IMG/VR virus record: IMGVR_UViG_3300020731_000011
DNA from: a virus
Length of the DNA: 64,000 nucleotides
Reading direction: 5' to 3' (one strand)
Below, in pieces: positions 20,225 to 30,337 of this stretch. How positions within the stretch are numbered: the stretch's first letter is position 1; the number at the start of each line of letters is the position of its first letter. Below the pieces are notes generated by a model. It searched no databases. It was not told the origin of the DNA and was given only the letters and a program-made list of their open reading frames with translations. Made by a program: the position numbers and the translations under genes.

Positions 20225-20458
20225 ATGAACAATCAGAAATTAAACATATCATTAGATAAGACTACAGTAGTAGTATGTGAAAAATGTGGTGGAAATGTAT
20301 TTAGAGATGGGCTTTTAATCCGTAAAGCTTCTAAATTTCTAACTGGCACTCCTCAAGATGCACTTGTGCCTATTCAAGTATTTTGCTGTGCAGTGTGTGG
20401 ACATACTAATGATGATTTCATGCCTAAAGAATTACAAAAAACTCAGCTAGATGCCTAA
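20225..20458 (+). CDS. zinc-ribbon protein
   Basis: CEKC...CAVC. Confidence 0.6.
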   Translation: MNNQKLNISLDKTTVVVCEKCGGNVFRDGLLIRKASKFLTGTPQDALVPIQVFCCAVCGHTNDDFMPKELQKTQLDA

Positions 20459-21353
20459 TCAGAATTATGGAGTTAGATATGATTTAGGTCAAAAAGCTAT
20501 ATCATATTCGCAATATAGCATGTATAAATCATGTCCTCATAATTGGTATTTGCAATATGTAAAGAAGAATAAAAAATTTGAGCAAAGTATTCATCTAACT
20601 TTTGGAACTTCTATACATGAGGCTCTGCAAAAGTATATAGAGATAATGTATACAGAATCTGGAACTGCTGCAGATAAAATTGATTTACTAGGTTTTTTTA
20701 AACAGAGAATGATAGAAAATTATAAAGAGGCGCTCACTTCTAATAATGGAAATCATTTTTCTAATCCTACAGAATTACAAGAATTTTTAGAAGACGGTAA
20801 TACAATACTTGAGTATATTAAAAAGAAGAGAACTGAGTATTTTAGTCTTAAAAATAATACTTTAGTAGGTATAGAAATACCTATTACTGAACAGGTAGTA
20901 GATGAAATACCCAATGTGCTAATGATTGGTAGTATAGATCTTATTATGAAGAATAAGAATACGGGGAAATATACTATCTATGATATTAAAACTAGTACAT
21001 CAGGGTGGAAAGATAAAGATAAATCTGATAAGAATAAAATAAATCAAGTTCTTTTCTATAAGCACTTTTATTCAAAAAAATTAAACATTGATCCAGAAAT
21101 GGTTGATGTAGAATTCTTTATCGTTCGTCGTAAGATTTATGAAGATGCAGAATTTCCTATAAAGCGAGTGCAAGAATTCAAGCCTTCTCAAGGTAAACCA
21201 TCAGTAAAAAAAGCAATAGAAGATCTTAAATCATTTGTAAAAGATGCATTTACTTCAGATGGTCAATACATAGATAAAGAATACCCTAAGAATTTTGATT
21301 CATGTAAGTGGTGTCCATTTAAGGATAATGATCAACTTTGCAGTAAAAAATAA
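20451..21353 (+). CDS. RecB/Cas4-like PD-(D/E)XK exonuclease
   Basis: SYS...CP, FGT.IH, GSID, DIKT, C-terminal CKWCPF...C. Confidence 0.8.
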   Translation: MPNQNYGVRYDLGQKAISYSQYSMYKSCPHNWYLQYVKKNKKFEQSIHLTFGTSIHEALQKYIEIMYTESGTAADKIDLLGFFKQRMIENYKEALTSNNGNHFSNPTELQEFLEDGNTILEYIKKKRTEYFSLKNNTLVGIEIPITEQVVDEIPNVLMIGSIDLIMKNKNTGKYTIYDIKTSTSGWKDKDKSDKNKINQVLFYKHFYSKKLNIDPEMVDVEFFIVRRKIYEDAEFPIKRVQEFKPSQGKPSVKKAIEDLKSFVKDAFTSDGQYIDKEYPKNFDSCKWCPFKDNDQLCSKK

Positions 21354-21414
21354 TAAAAAATATTCTTAAAATATACATCATAAATATTTTATGTATATTT
21401 ATAGATAAAGAAAT

Positions 21415-21648
21415 ATGACACAAGAACAGCAAAGAGTACTTACATCAATTAAACTCCCAAAGGGTATTTATGAAGATTTTAAAGTATTGACTAAGATCAA
21501 TAAAATGTATTTACAAGATTTAGCAGAAAGATCTGTATTTTTATATATTACAGATCCAGAATTTAGACATAAAATGCATAGTACATACAGTACATACTAT
21601 ACAGGAAGTCAATTCGTAGATGACATTAAAAAATTAAAAAGTTTATAA
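21415..21648 (+). CDS. small DNA-binding protein (RHH-like)
   Basis: LTSIKLPKGIYEDFK beta-strand/helix pattern. Confidence 0.45.
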   Translation: MTQEQQRVLTSIKLPKGIYEDFKVLTKINKMYLQDLAERSVFLYITDPEFRHKMHSTYSTYYTGSQFVDDIKKLKSL

Positions 21649-21650
21649 TT

Positions 21651-23093
21651 ATGACAAATACAGGTTACATTAAAAAAGAAGATAGGAAAAAGATCCTATT
21701 TTTAGGTGATGATCTTAGATTTTTTAGCGGTATTGCTACTATGTCTAAAGAAATAGTTTTAGGTACTGCTCATATATTTAACTGGGTTCAAATAGCTGGA
21801 GGAATGAACCATCCAGACAAAGGTAAGAGACTCGATCTTTCAACAGATACAGATAGTATTTTAGGAATTGATAATTCTTCTGTAATATTATATCCTACTG
21901 ATGGATATGGAAATCCAGATCTAATACGTCAAATATTACAAATAGAAAAGCCAGATGCTATATTAATATTTACTGATCCTAGATATTATACTTGGCTTTT
22001 TGATATGGAAGCTGAGATTAGAAAAACCACCCCCCTAATATATCTAAGTATATGGGATAATTTTCCAGCTCCTCTATATAATAAATCATATTATGAATCA
22101 TGTGATACTTTCATGTGCATTTCAAAGCAGACAAAATTAATAACAGAGATGGTGCTTGATTCTCTTGCAAAAGAGAAGATAATAGAATATATACCACATG
22201 GAATTAATGAGAATATCTTTAAACCAATCACAGAATATTCTCCTGAGTATAATGATATGATAACACTTAAAAAATCTATATTTGGTGATTTCGATCCAGA
22301 ATTTGTACTTTTATACAATGCTCGTAATATTCGTAGAAAATCTACTTCAGATCTGATTGCAGCCTGGTCTCACTTTACGGATTCTATAGGCAAAGAGAAT
22401 GCAAAGAAATGTGCACTACTACTGCATACTCATAAAACTGATGAGAATGGTACTGATCTACCTGTAGTTATAGAATTACTATGTGATCCAGAGTATCAGA
22501 AAGTATATTTTGCAGATGGTGCATATAGTCCAGATCAAATGAATTTGCTATATAATATTGCAGACGGAACTGCTCTAGTAAGTTCTAATGAGGGTTGGGG
22601 TCTATCTTTGACAGAGTCTATGATGGCAGGTAAAATGATAATTGCAAACGTTACTGGAGGTATGCAAGATCAAATGAGATTTGTAGATGATCAAGGTCAG
22701 TGGTTTACTCCTTCTACAGAACTACCATCTAATCATCAAGGCGCTTTAAAAGATCATGGCGCATGGGCAATTCCAGTATTCCCTTCTAATTTAAGTCTAG
22801 TAGGTAGTCTGCCTACTCCATATATTTGGGATGATAGGTGCGATTTTAGGGACATTTCTACCGCAATCCATTATCTATATAACATAGGCCTAGAAGATCG
22901 TCAGAGAATTGGTCTGAGCGCTAGAAAATGGGTTACAGGTGATGAGTCTATGATGAGTGCAAGATGGATGTGTAAGAATGTAATAAATACGATAAATAAG
23001 ACAATTGATAATTTTGAGCCAAGAAAGAAATTTCAATTGATAAAAATTGAATCAATCAAGCCTAAAAGGATTAAACATAAATTAACATACTAA
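21651..23093 (+). CDS. GT-B (GT4-like) glycosyltransferase
   Basis: PHGIN, RNIRRK, LYNIAD, SSNEGWGLS.TE.M..G, NVTGGMQDQ. Confidence 0.88.
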   Translation: MTNTGYIKKEDRKKILFLGDDLRFFSGIATMSKEIVLGTAHIFNWVQIAGGMNHPDKGKRLDLSTDTDSILGIDNSSVILYPTDGYGNPDLIRQILQIEKPDAILIFTDPRYYTWLFDMEAEIRKTTPLIYLSIWDNFPAPLYNKSYYESCDTFMCISKQTKLITEMVLDSLAKEKIIEYIPHGINENIFKPITEYSPEYNDMITLKKSIFGDFDPEFVLLYNARNIRRKSTSDLIAAWSHFTDSIGKENAKKCALLLHTHKTDENGTDLPVVIELLCDPEYQKVYFADGAYSPDQMNLLYNIADGTALVSSNEGWGLSLTESMMAGKMIIANVTGGMQDQMRFVDDQGQWFTPSTELPSNHQGALKDHGAWAIPVFPSNLSLVGSLPTPYIWDDRCDFRDISTAIHYLYNIGLEDRQRIGLSARKWVTGDESMMSARWMCKNVINTINKTIDNFEPRKKFQLIKIESIKPKRIKHKLTY

Positions 23094-23094
23094 T

Positions 23095-24402
23095 ATGATA
23101 AAGCCGTTATGTGTAATATCATGTCCTATTGACACTTATTCAGGATATGGTGCAAGAAGTAGAGATTTTATTAAAGCTCTTTATGAGTCAAAAAAAGATG
23201 AGTGGGATATTAAAGTACTGCCTCAGCGTTGGGGTAATTGCCCATGGGGTTTTATTAATGATCATCAGGAGACTATGGGTTGGATGAATACTCTATTAAT
23301 TTATCAACTTAATCAACAACCAGATTATTGGTGCCAGATCACAGTACCAAATGAATTTCAACCTATAGGTAAACTATATAATTTAGGCGTAACTGCGGGT
23401 ATAGAGACTACTATATGCGATCCTAGTTGGATTCAAGGAGTGAATAAAATGAATTTAACTTTAGTATCATCTGAACATGCTAAACAGGTATTTGAGAATT
23501 CAAAATTTGATCAAAAAGATAATAATACTGGTCAGATAATAGCACATATAAAACTTGAGAAACCAGTAGAAGTTCTATTTGAGGGTATTGATACATCTAA
23601 ATATTTTTATATTGATGATAATAATATCAAAGGTTCTGATTTAGTAGATTCTCTTGATGAGATCAAAGAAAATTTCTGCTTTTTATTTGTAGGTCATTGG
23701 ATGAATGGAGATATCGGAGAAGATAGAAAAAATGTGGGATTAACTATAAAAACTTTCCTTGAGACATTTAAGAATAAGACTAATCCACCGGCTCTGATAT
23801 TAAAGACAGCAAGAGGCACAAATAGTATAATGGATAGAGATGATATTCTTAATAAAATAGATTCAATTAGAAAGACTGTGATAGCTAAAACACTTCCAAA
23901 TGTGTATTTACTTCATGGTGAATTTGGAGATAATGACATGAATGATCTATATAATCATGATAAAATTAAGGTTATGTTAGGTCTAGTAAAAGGCGAAGGG
24001 TATTTTAGACCACTTTCAGAGTTCTTTATGTCTAAAAAGCCAGCATTAGTATCATATTGGTCAGGTCATCTTGATTTTTGTAATGATGAATTTTGTAATT
24101 TTGTCCCAGGAGAACTTAAAGAGATACACCCCTCAGCTCAAGCACAGAATATGCTTATACAAGGATCACAATGGTTTTATCCAAATATGGACTTTGCAGC
24201 TAAGAAGATGCTAGATATGTGGCAGAATTATAAGAATTATGAGGTTAATGCTAAACGTCAATCTAGATATGTATTTGAGAATTTTACATATGATAAAATG
24301 AAAGAAAAACTCAATGAGACTTTAGATAAATTCCCTAAACACGTAGCTTTAAAATTACCCCAACTCAAAAAAATAGAATTACCCGCTTTAAAAAAAATGT
24401 AA
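23095..24402 (+). CDS. GT-B (GT4-like) glycosyltransferase
   Basis: SGYG..SR, FLFVGHW, RKNVG, KGEGYFRPL.EF, WSGHLDF. Confidence 0.8.
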   Translation: MIKPLCVISCPIDTYSGYGARSRDFIKALYESKKDEWDIKVLPQRWGNCPWGFINDHQETMGWMNTLLIYQLNQQPDYWCQITVPNEFQPIGKLYNLGVTAGIETTICDPSWIQGVNKMNLTLVSSEHAKQVFENSKFDQKDNNTGQIIAHIKLEKPVEVLFEGIDTSKYFYIDDNNIKGSDLVDSLDEIKENFCFLFVGHWMNGDIGEDRKNVGLTIKTFLETFKNKTNPPALILKTARGTNSIMDRDDILNKIDSIRKTVIAKTLPNVYLLHGEFGDNDMNDLYNHDKIKVMLGLVKGEGYFRPLSEFFMSKKPALVSYWSGHLDFCNDEFCNFVPGELKEIHPSAQAQNMLIQGSQWFYPNMDFAAKKMLDMWQNYKNYEVNAKRQSRYVFENFTYDKMKEKLNETLDKFPKHVALKLPQLKKIELPALKKM

Positions 24403-24864
24403 ATGATAGATAAATTAACTACTTGTCCAAAATGTGGAGCACTAGAATCTTGCTATACTACTCCTATAAATGAGACTATGAACTCCTATATTTGTTTTCA
24501 ATGTGGGTATCAAACATCTGATTTAATGATAGAAGGAGAATTTGATTTTGAAGAATTTGAGTCCACACTTCCAGAACTTCATAAAGAATGTGCATATGTA
24601 GAAGAAAGTGGTAGAGTTTGGTACCCAGCTACTATAAATATTCCTACAAAAGGCACTGTATTTTTAAATGGTACTTCAAAAGATGATTGCTATTTTTCTG
24701 GAATTAAAACAAAAGAATTGACTAAAGAGGAGGCGCAATCTCCACGTTTTAAAAATCAAACGCATAAATCTGACTCACAGACTATGCAACATTTTGGAAT
24801 AGACGGATTTTTTGATGCTTGTAATTATATAGGATTTTTTGAAATTGAAAATATAGAAGAGTAA
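24403..24864 (+). CDS. zinc-ribbon protein
   Basis: CPKC...CFQCGY. Confidence 0.55.
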   Translation: MIDKLTTCPKCGALESCYTTPINETMNSYICFQCGYQTSDLMIEGEFDFEEFESTLPELHKECAYVEESGRVWYPATINIPTKGTVFLNGTSKDDCYFSGIKTKELTKEEAQSPRFKNQTHKSDSQTMQHFGIDGFFDACNYIGFFEIENIEE

Positions 24865-25481
24865 TGACTCCTACAATTAGTTATGCTATAACAGCATGTA
24901 ATGAACATGAAGAATTAAATAGGTTACTTACCAAGCTATGTGATTATAAATCTGAAAAAGATGAAATAATAATCCAATTAGATACTAATGCATCAGATGA
25001 GGTTAAGATGATAGTGTTTGGTTTTAAAAATCACATAGAAACTCTAATTGAATTTCCATTAAATAAAGATTTTGCCACTTTCAAGAACAATATAAAGAAT
25101 TTTTGTAAAAAGGATTATATTATTTATATAGATGCTGATGAATACTTAAATGAGGATATTATTGAATATCTACCAATGATATTAGAAATGAATCCTGAAG
25201 TAGATCTGTACTATATACCAAGATGGAATACAGTAGAAGGTTTAACAAAGGAGCATATATCTAAATGGGGTTGGAATCTAGATGATCAGAGTAGAATTAA
25301 TTGGCCAGATTTACAAGGCAGAATTTGTAAGAACGTTCCAGAAATACAATGGATCGGTAAAGTCCACGAAAGATTAGTGGGATATAAAGGAGTATCAAGA
25401 TTACCAGATCAATTTTATTTGATACATCCAAAGACAATAGAAAGACAAGAGAAACAAAATAAATTATACGACACAATATGA
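24864..25481 (+). CDS. GT2 glycosyltransferase
   Basis: ISYAITACNE, IDADE, WPD.Q.R, VHE. Confidence 0.85.
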   Translation: MTPTISYAITACNEHEELNRLLTKLCDYKSEKDEIIIQLDTNASDEVKMIVFGFKNHIETLIEFPLNKDFATFKNNIKNFCKKDYIIYIDADEYLNEDIIEYLPMILEMNPEVDLYYIPRWNTVEGLTKEHISKWGWNLDDQSRINWPDLQGRICKNVPEIQWIGKVHERLVGYKGVSRLPDQFYLIHPKTIERQEKQNKLYDTI

Positions 25482-26155
25482 TAGTAATTACTGGGAAGAA
25501 TGGATTGTTAAGTAGAGAATTACAAAAAATAGATCCAAATATTATAGGACTATCTAGCAATGATTTTGATATTACAAAAGATGATATAAAATTAAAATTA
25601 AAATCAATAAATCCAGATATTATAATTCATGCAGCAGCTATAACTAATTCACATGATATAGATATAAATCCAATACTTGCTATAAAAACTAATATAATAG
25701 GTACTGGATATATATCTGAATATTGCATTGAGAATAATAAAAGATTAATCTATATATCTACTGATTATATATATCCAGGAATACGTGGAAATTATAAAGA
25801 AATAGATCATATACTGCCATATAATAATTATGCATGGACAAAATTAGGAGGAGAGTGCTCAGTTAGATTGAATCCAAATCATTTAATAATTAGAACTAGT
25901 TTTGGTTCAAATAAATTTCCATATACAAAAGCATGGACTAATCAAATAGTTAGTAAAGATTATATTGATATTATAGCTCCAATGATATTAAAAGCGATAA
26001 AATCTGATATTACTGGAATATTAAATATAGGAACGCATGCTAAAACTATATTTGAATATGCATCTAAGTATAATAAAGTTGAATCAATTAAAAAACCAAC
26101 AAATAATAATTTTAGTTTAAATATTAGTAAATATGAAAAATTACTCAGTGATTAG
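25478..26155 (+). CDS. RmlD-like NDP-sugar reductase (SDR)
   Basis: ITGKNGLL, IHAAA, YISTDY, Y..TK..GE. Confidence 0.8.
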   Translation: MIVITGKNGLLSRELQKIDPNIIGLSSNDFDITKDDIKLKLKSINPDIIIHAAAITNSHDIDINPILAIKTNIIGTGYISEYCIENNKRLIYISTDYIYPGIRGNYKEIDHILPYNNYAWTKLGGECSVRLNPNHLIIRTSFGSNKFPYTKAWTNQIVSKDYIDIIAPMILKAIKSDITGILNIGTHAKTIFEYASKYNKVESIKKPTNNNFSLNISKYEKLLSD

Positions 26156-27359
26156 TAAATGTCCAATAACCGAGCATAATAAACAAATAAAATATTTTGA
26201 TTTAGGAAATATTCCATTAGTTAATAATTTGTGTGATACTAGAGAAGACTCTATTAATGCTCAAAAATTTCCGTTAAATATAAATTATTATCCTAAATCA
26301 GGAGAATCTTCATTAAGTATAGCTGTAGATGGGGAATTATTGTTTTCATATTATCTATTTAAATCAGAAGTAAATAAGCCATATTCTAAACATTGTCAAG
26401 AAATGTTTAAAAATATTCAAGAGTATATTAATATAGAAGATAATACAAGTATAATTGATATTGGTGGTAACGACGGTACATTACTTAATTCATTTAGAAG
26501 TGTAAGTGATAAAGTATTAGATTTATTAAATATAGATCCATCACAAAATTTATCTTTAGCGTGTAAAGAAAAAAATATTCCATGTTTAACTAAATTTTTT
26601 TCATATAAAATAGCTATAGAATTAGATAAAAAATCTGATGTGATTATTTCTACTAACGTATTTCAACATTTATTAGATATAAATTCTTTTGCAAAAGGAG
26701 TTGAACATTTATTAACTGAAAATGGTATTTGGATTTTAGAATTTCCATATTGGATTAGCGGAATGGAAACTAATCAATTTGATCAAATATATCATGAGCA
26801 TGTATTTTATCATTCTATAACTCCTATGAAAATGATGATGGAAAAATATGGAATGAAAATTATTAATATTACTAAACAAGATATACATGGTGGTACTCTA
26901 AGACTTATAATAGCTAAATTTAATTCTAAATATACTGTAGATAACACCATTGAAGAATATATTCAATTAGAAAAAAAGTATGATTTAGATTATCATATTA
27001 AATGGGGAGAAGAAGTCCAAAAACATATTATTAATTCTAAAAACTTTATTAAACAATTAAAATCTGAAGGGAAAACTATCTATGGATTTGGAGCAGCTGC
27101 TAAAGGGTGCATTTATTTAAATGCAATGAATTTAGACTATAATGATATTGATGTTGTTATTGATGATACTGATATTAAACAAGGAAAATTTATTCCTGGT
27201 ACAGGTATTCAAATAGTAAATAGAAGTATTTTAAAACAAAAACAACCAGATTATATATTAATTTTAGCACATAATTTTGCAGATTATATTATTAAATCTT
27301 TAAATTTAGAATATAAAGGAAAATTTATTATTTTAATACCAAACATAAAAACTATTTAA
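26133..27359 (+). CDS. NDP-hexose C-methyltransferase
   Basis: N-terminal Cys/zinc region, DIGGNDGTLL, NVFQH, YHEH, GGTLR, GAAAKG, DD...KQG. Confidence 0.85.
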   Translation: MKNYSVISKCPITEHNKQIKYFDLGNIPLVNNLCDTREDSINAQKFPLNINYYPKSGESSLSIAVDGELLFSYYLFKSEVNKPYSKHCQEMFKNIQEYINIEDNTSIIDIGGNDGTLLNSFRSVSDKVLDLLNIDPSQNLSLACKEKNIPCLTKFFSYKIAIELDKKSDVIISTNVFQHLLDINSFAKGVEHLLTENGIWILEFPYWISGMETNQFDQIYHEHVFYHSITPMKMMMEKYGMKIINITKQDIHGGTLRLIIAKFNSKYTVDNTIEEYIQLEKKYDLDYHIKWGEEVQKHIINSKNFIKQLKSEGKTIYGFGAAAKGCIYLNAMNLDYNDIDVVIDDTDIKQGKFIPGTGIQIVNRSILKQKQPDYILILAHNFADYIIKSLNLEYKGKFIILIPNIKTI

Positions 27360-27362
27360 AAT

Positions 27363-27992
27363 ATGATACCAAATATAAAAAAAATTACAAAAGATGAACT
27401 TTTTTATTGGTTATGTAATGAAGCTGGAGTTAATCATCATAGTTGGTTTGGTGATCATTTATATGTAGGTGGACTAGAAATACAACAAGTACCTGAAGAA
27501 TATATTGAATATTTATGGTTCTTAAAAAATAAAAAATTTAAAAATTATTTAAATATAGGAATTGGTAAAGGTGGATCATTTTTAATTGAAACTTTTATTC
27601 AAGAAAATTTAGAATCTTCAACAGCCATAGATAACTCTTCTTATTGGCATCAAGATCAAAGAGAATCTATTGTAGAAAAAATAAAATGGTTGAAAAATAA
27701 TTTAACTAATACAATAGAATTTTATGATACTGATAGTAATGAATGGTTAACTAAATGTAATAAAAAATATGATATTATTTTTATTGATGGAGATCATTCA
27801 TATGAAGGTGTTAAAACTGATTATAATAATGCTTTACCTTTACTAGAAGAAAACGGGTATATAGTTTTACATGATATAGCTAGCACTGCATGTCCAGGTG
27901 TAGTTAAATTATGGCAAGATATAAAACATAGTGAATGTTTAGAATTTATTTATAAAACAACATGTGGAATTGGTATATGGAAAAAGATATAA
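27363..27992 (+). CDS. class I SAM methyltransferase (Methyltransf_24-like)
   Basis: LNIG..KGGS, IFIDGDHSYEGV..D, VLHD. Confidence 0.8.
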   Translation: MIPNIKKITKDELFYWLCNEAGVNHHSWFGDHLYVGGLEIQQVPEEYIEYLWFLKNKKFKNYLNIGIGKGGSFLIETFIQENLESSTAIDNSSYWHQDQRESIVEKIKWLKNNLTNTIEFYDTDSNEWLTKCNKKYDIIFIDGDHSYEGVKTDYNNALPLLEENGYIVLHDIASTACPGVVKLWQDIKHSECLEFIYKTTCGIGIWKKI

Positions 27993-28627
27993 AATTATTT
28001 TATCACGCCTATCTAATTAATAACTATAAAGATATTATAACAGAACAATTAACTAATATTTTTAATTCAGGATTATACAAATATTGTCAAGAATTCCATA
28101 TAGGTATTGTAGGTGGAGAAGAAGAAAAAAAGTGGATAATTAACTTAGTAGGAAAATATTCAAAAATAAAATTACATTTTTTTGATAATGGAGATGAAAA
28201 GCATACTTTAAGATTAATACCATTAATAATAAAACCAAATGATTATGTATTATATTTTCATACTAAAGGAATAACTCATAACTCTATATCTCAAAATTTA
28301 TGGAGAAGATTAGTACAATATAAAGTTATTTATGAATGGAAAAAATGTATAGAAATATTACATGAATATGATAGTGTAGGTCCATTGTATAGAGAAGATA
28401 CATTTTTAGGATATTTTCCTCATTTTAGTGGAAATTTTTGGTGGTCTAAATATAAACATATAATGTCTTTAGATAATTCATATTTAGATGAAAATTATAT
28501 ACATAAAAGAATGGGAGCAGAATTTTGGATAGGTTCTAACCCTAATGCTAAATTAAAATGTATACATACTTTTGTTGCTGAAGCAGATATTAAAGAGTAC
28601 ACGATAAACGAATATATATATGAATAA
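27962..28627 (+). CDS. glycosyltransferase-like hypothetical protein
   Basis: LYFHTKG, HFSGNFWW, R...EFWI, a pattern seen in glycosylation clusters. Confidence 0.5.
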   Translation: MWNWYMEKDIKLFYHAYLINNYKDIITEQLTNIFNSGLYKYCQEFHIGIVGGEEEKKWIINLVGKYSKIKLHFFDNGDEKHTLRLIPLIIKPNDYVLYFHTKGITHNSISQNLWRRLVQYKVIYEWKKCIEILHEYDSVGPLYREDTFLGYFPHFSGNFWWSKYKHIMSLDNSYLDENYIHKRMGAEFWIGSNPNAKLKCIHTFVAEADIKEYTINEYIYE

Positions 28628-29360
28628 AACACTAGCAATAATACTACACTATAATTCAATCCAATATACAGATACTTTATTTGAAATATTAAAACCATAT
28701 GAAAATAATGATTATGATTTATTAGTTTTTGATAATGGAAGCGATAAAGGAAAAGAAAGTAAATATACAACACATAAAATAGAAGAAAACTGTTATTATG
28801 GAGGCGGATTAGATATAGGATTTCAGTTTTTTTTAGAAAATCCCCAATATGATTCACTTCTTTTCTTAAATTCAGATTTAATAATCCACGGATATAATTT
28901 TATTAAAAATTTAAGAAACCAACTTTTTTCAATTCCCGAATTGATGATGTGCTCAGCTTGTATTATACAACCAGGAAAAGATCAATGTTATTGGCCACAA
29001 ATGCATTGTTGGAATTCTCAAGAAATAAGATATGTCCCATGGGTAGATTATCAATGTGTATTATTAAAAAGAGAATTTATAGAAGAAGTAAAAGCTTTTG
29101 GAAGTCAATATGGATGGGTGCAAGATGTCATGAGTGGTATAGTATGTGAAGAAAAAAATTGGAAAATAGGTGTATGTGATTGGCTTCCAGTAATACATTA
29201 TGGAGGGGGGAGTATTAAAGATAATTCTGATAAAGCTCATATAGCAGATTATAATAATAATGCATATAAAGAAATGATAAAGTACTTTGAAGATAAAAAT
29301 CTTTCTTCAAAATTATATGAATTAAGAGAAAAAACAAAAAATTACACGTATTATGGATAA
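28620..29360 (+). CDS. GT2-like glycosyltransferase
   Basis: IILHYN, FDNGS, LNSD. Confidence 0.65.
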   Translation: MNKTLAIILHYNSIQYTDTLFEILKPYENNDYDLLVFDNGSDKGKESKYTTHKIEENCYYGGGLDIGFQFFLENPQYDSLLFLNSDLIIHGYNFIKNLRNQLFSIPELMMCSACIIQPGKDQCYWPQMHCWNSQEIRYVPWVDYQCVLLKREFIEEVKAFGSQYGWVQDVMSGIVCEEKNWKIGVCDWLPVIHYGGGSIKDNSDKAHIADYNNNAYKEMIKYFEDKNLSSKLYELREKTKNYTYYG

Positions 29361-29455
29361 TAATCTTATTTAGTAGTATATTGAGTATATATAACAGTAA
29401 AATATAATAAAAAAATGATAACCAAAAATTATTTAGGTATAATAATGCAGTCTAA

Positions 29456-30337
29456 TTGGAATTCTCCTTTAAAATACTAAATATGGTCCTTTATCAACAA
29501 CACATAATGTGGTATGAGTCTAAGATAGTAAATGAAATATTAGATTCATTACAAGCAGCGCTAATCTATAGTTCTGTACCAGTAGAATTAGTAATTTGCC
29601 TTAATTCCCAAACATATTTAGAAAAGCCTATTGATGGAAAATCTGAAGATATGTTTAATGAATTTTTATCTCATCCAATATTAAAAGATGCAAAAATAAT
29701 ACATAAAACAGATGATCATCCATTTTATAATATAGGAGATTGGCGCAGAGAAATATATAATACTAATGCAAAATATACAGTATGGGGTGAAAGTGATTGT
29801 TTAATACCTAATGATTATTTTTACATTTTATCTAATTTAGATATTTCAGAACCGCATACATTAAGTTGTGCTTCTAGAATAATGTGGGATGATTCATGGA
29901 CTTGTGTTGAACATAATGACTTAAAACAATATCCAAATTTAGATAATCAAAAACCTAGTAATGAAGAATTAAAACCATTTCGTTATTATGACAGAATAAC
30001 TCTAGATCAACTTAATGAATTTAATGATAAATATGATATATCAATTATAAAATTAGACAATAATAAAATAGATGGATCATTACTTGCTTTATCAGGAAAT
30101 TTACCTACTCCATTTATTGCACCTGATATGAATTTTATACAAGAAGATACATGCGCAGCTTTATTTTTTCAAAAGTATCAAATTCCACAATATCATTTAG
30201 CTACTAGAATAAAAGGTCATAATTATTATCATCCTAATAAAAGAGTAAATACTATATCAACAAGAGAAGATATAGAATATAAACAAATGGCAGAAAAAAG
30301 TAAACGTAGCTTAAATAAATTTATATATGAAGAATAA
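29456..30337 (+). CDS. glycosyltransferase-like hypothetical protein
   Basis: GESD motif (DxD-like) and cluster context; real start is probably the first ATG. Confidence 0.5.
   Translation: MEFSFKILNMVLYQQHIMWYESKIVNEILDSLQAALIYSSVPVELVICLNSQTYLEKPIDGKSEDMFNEFLSHPILKDAKIIHKTDDHPFYNIGDWRREIYNTNAKYTVWGESDCLIPNDYFYILSNLDISEPHTLSCASRIMWDDSWTCVEHNDLKQYPNLDNQKPSNEELKPFRYYDRITLDQLNEFNDKYDISIIKLDNNKIDGSLLALSGNLPTPFIAPDMNFIQEDTCAALFFQKYQIPQYHLATRIKGHNYYHPNKRVNTISTREDIEYKQMAEKSKRSLNKFIYEE

Noticed and set aside
20451-21353. Cas4-like nuclease as evidence of a CRISPR system
   Set aside because: Stand-alone RecB/Cas4-family exonucleases are common in phages; no cas1/cas2 or array is present.
954-29149. 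Numerous short minus-strand or alternative-frame ORFs overlapping core genes (e.g. 4739..4987, 14478..14780, 17323..17655, 28949..29149)
   Set aside because: They lie antisense to, or inside, well-conserved genes and show no motifs or promoters.
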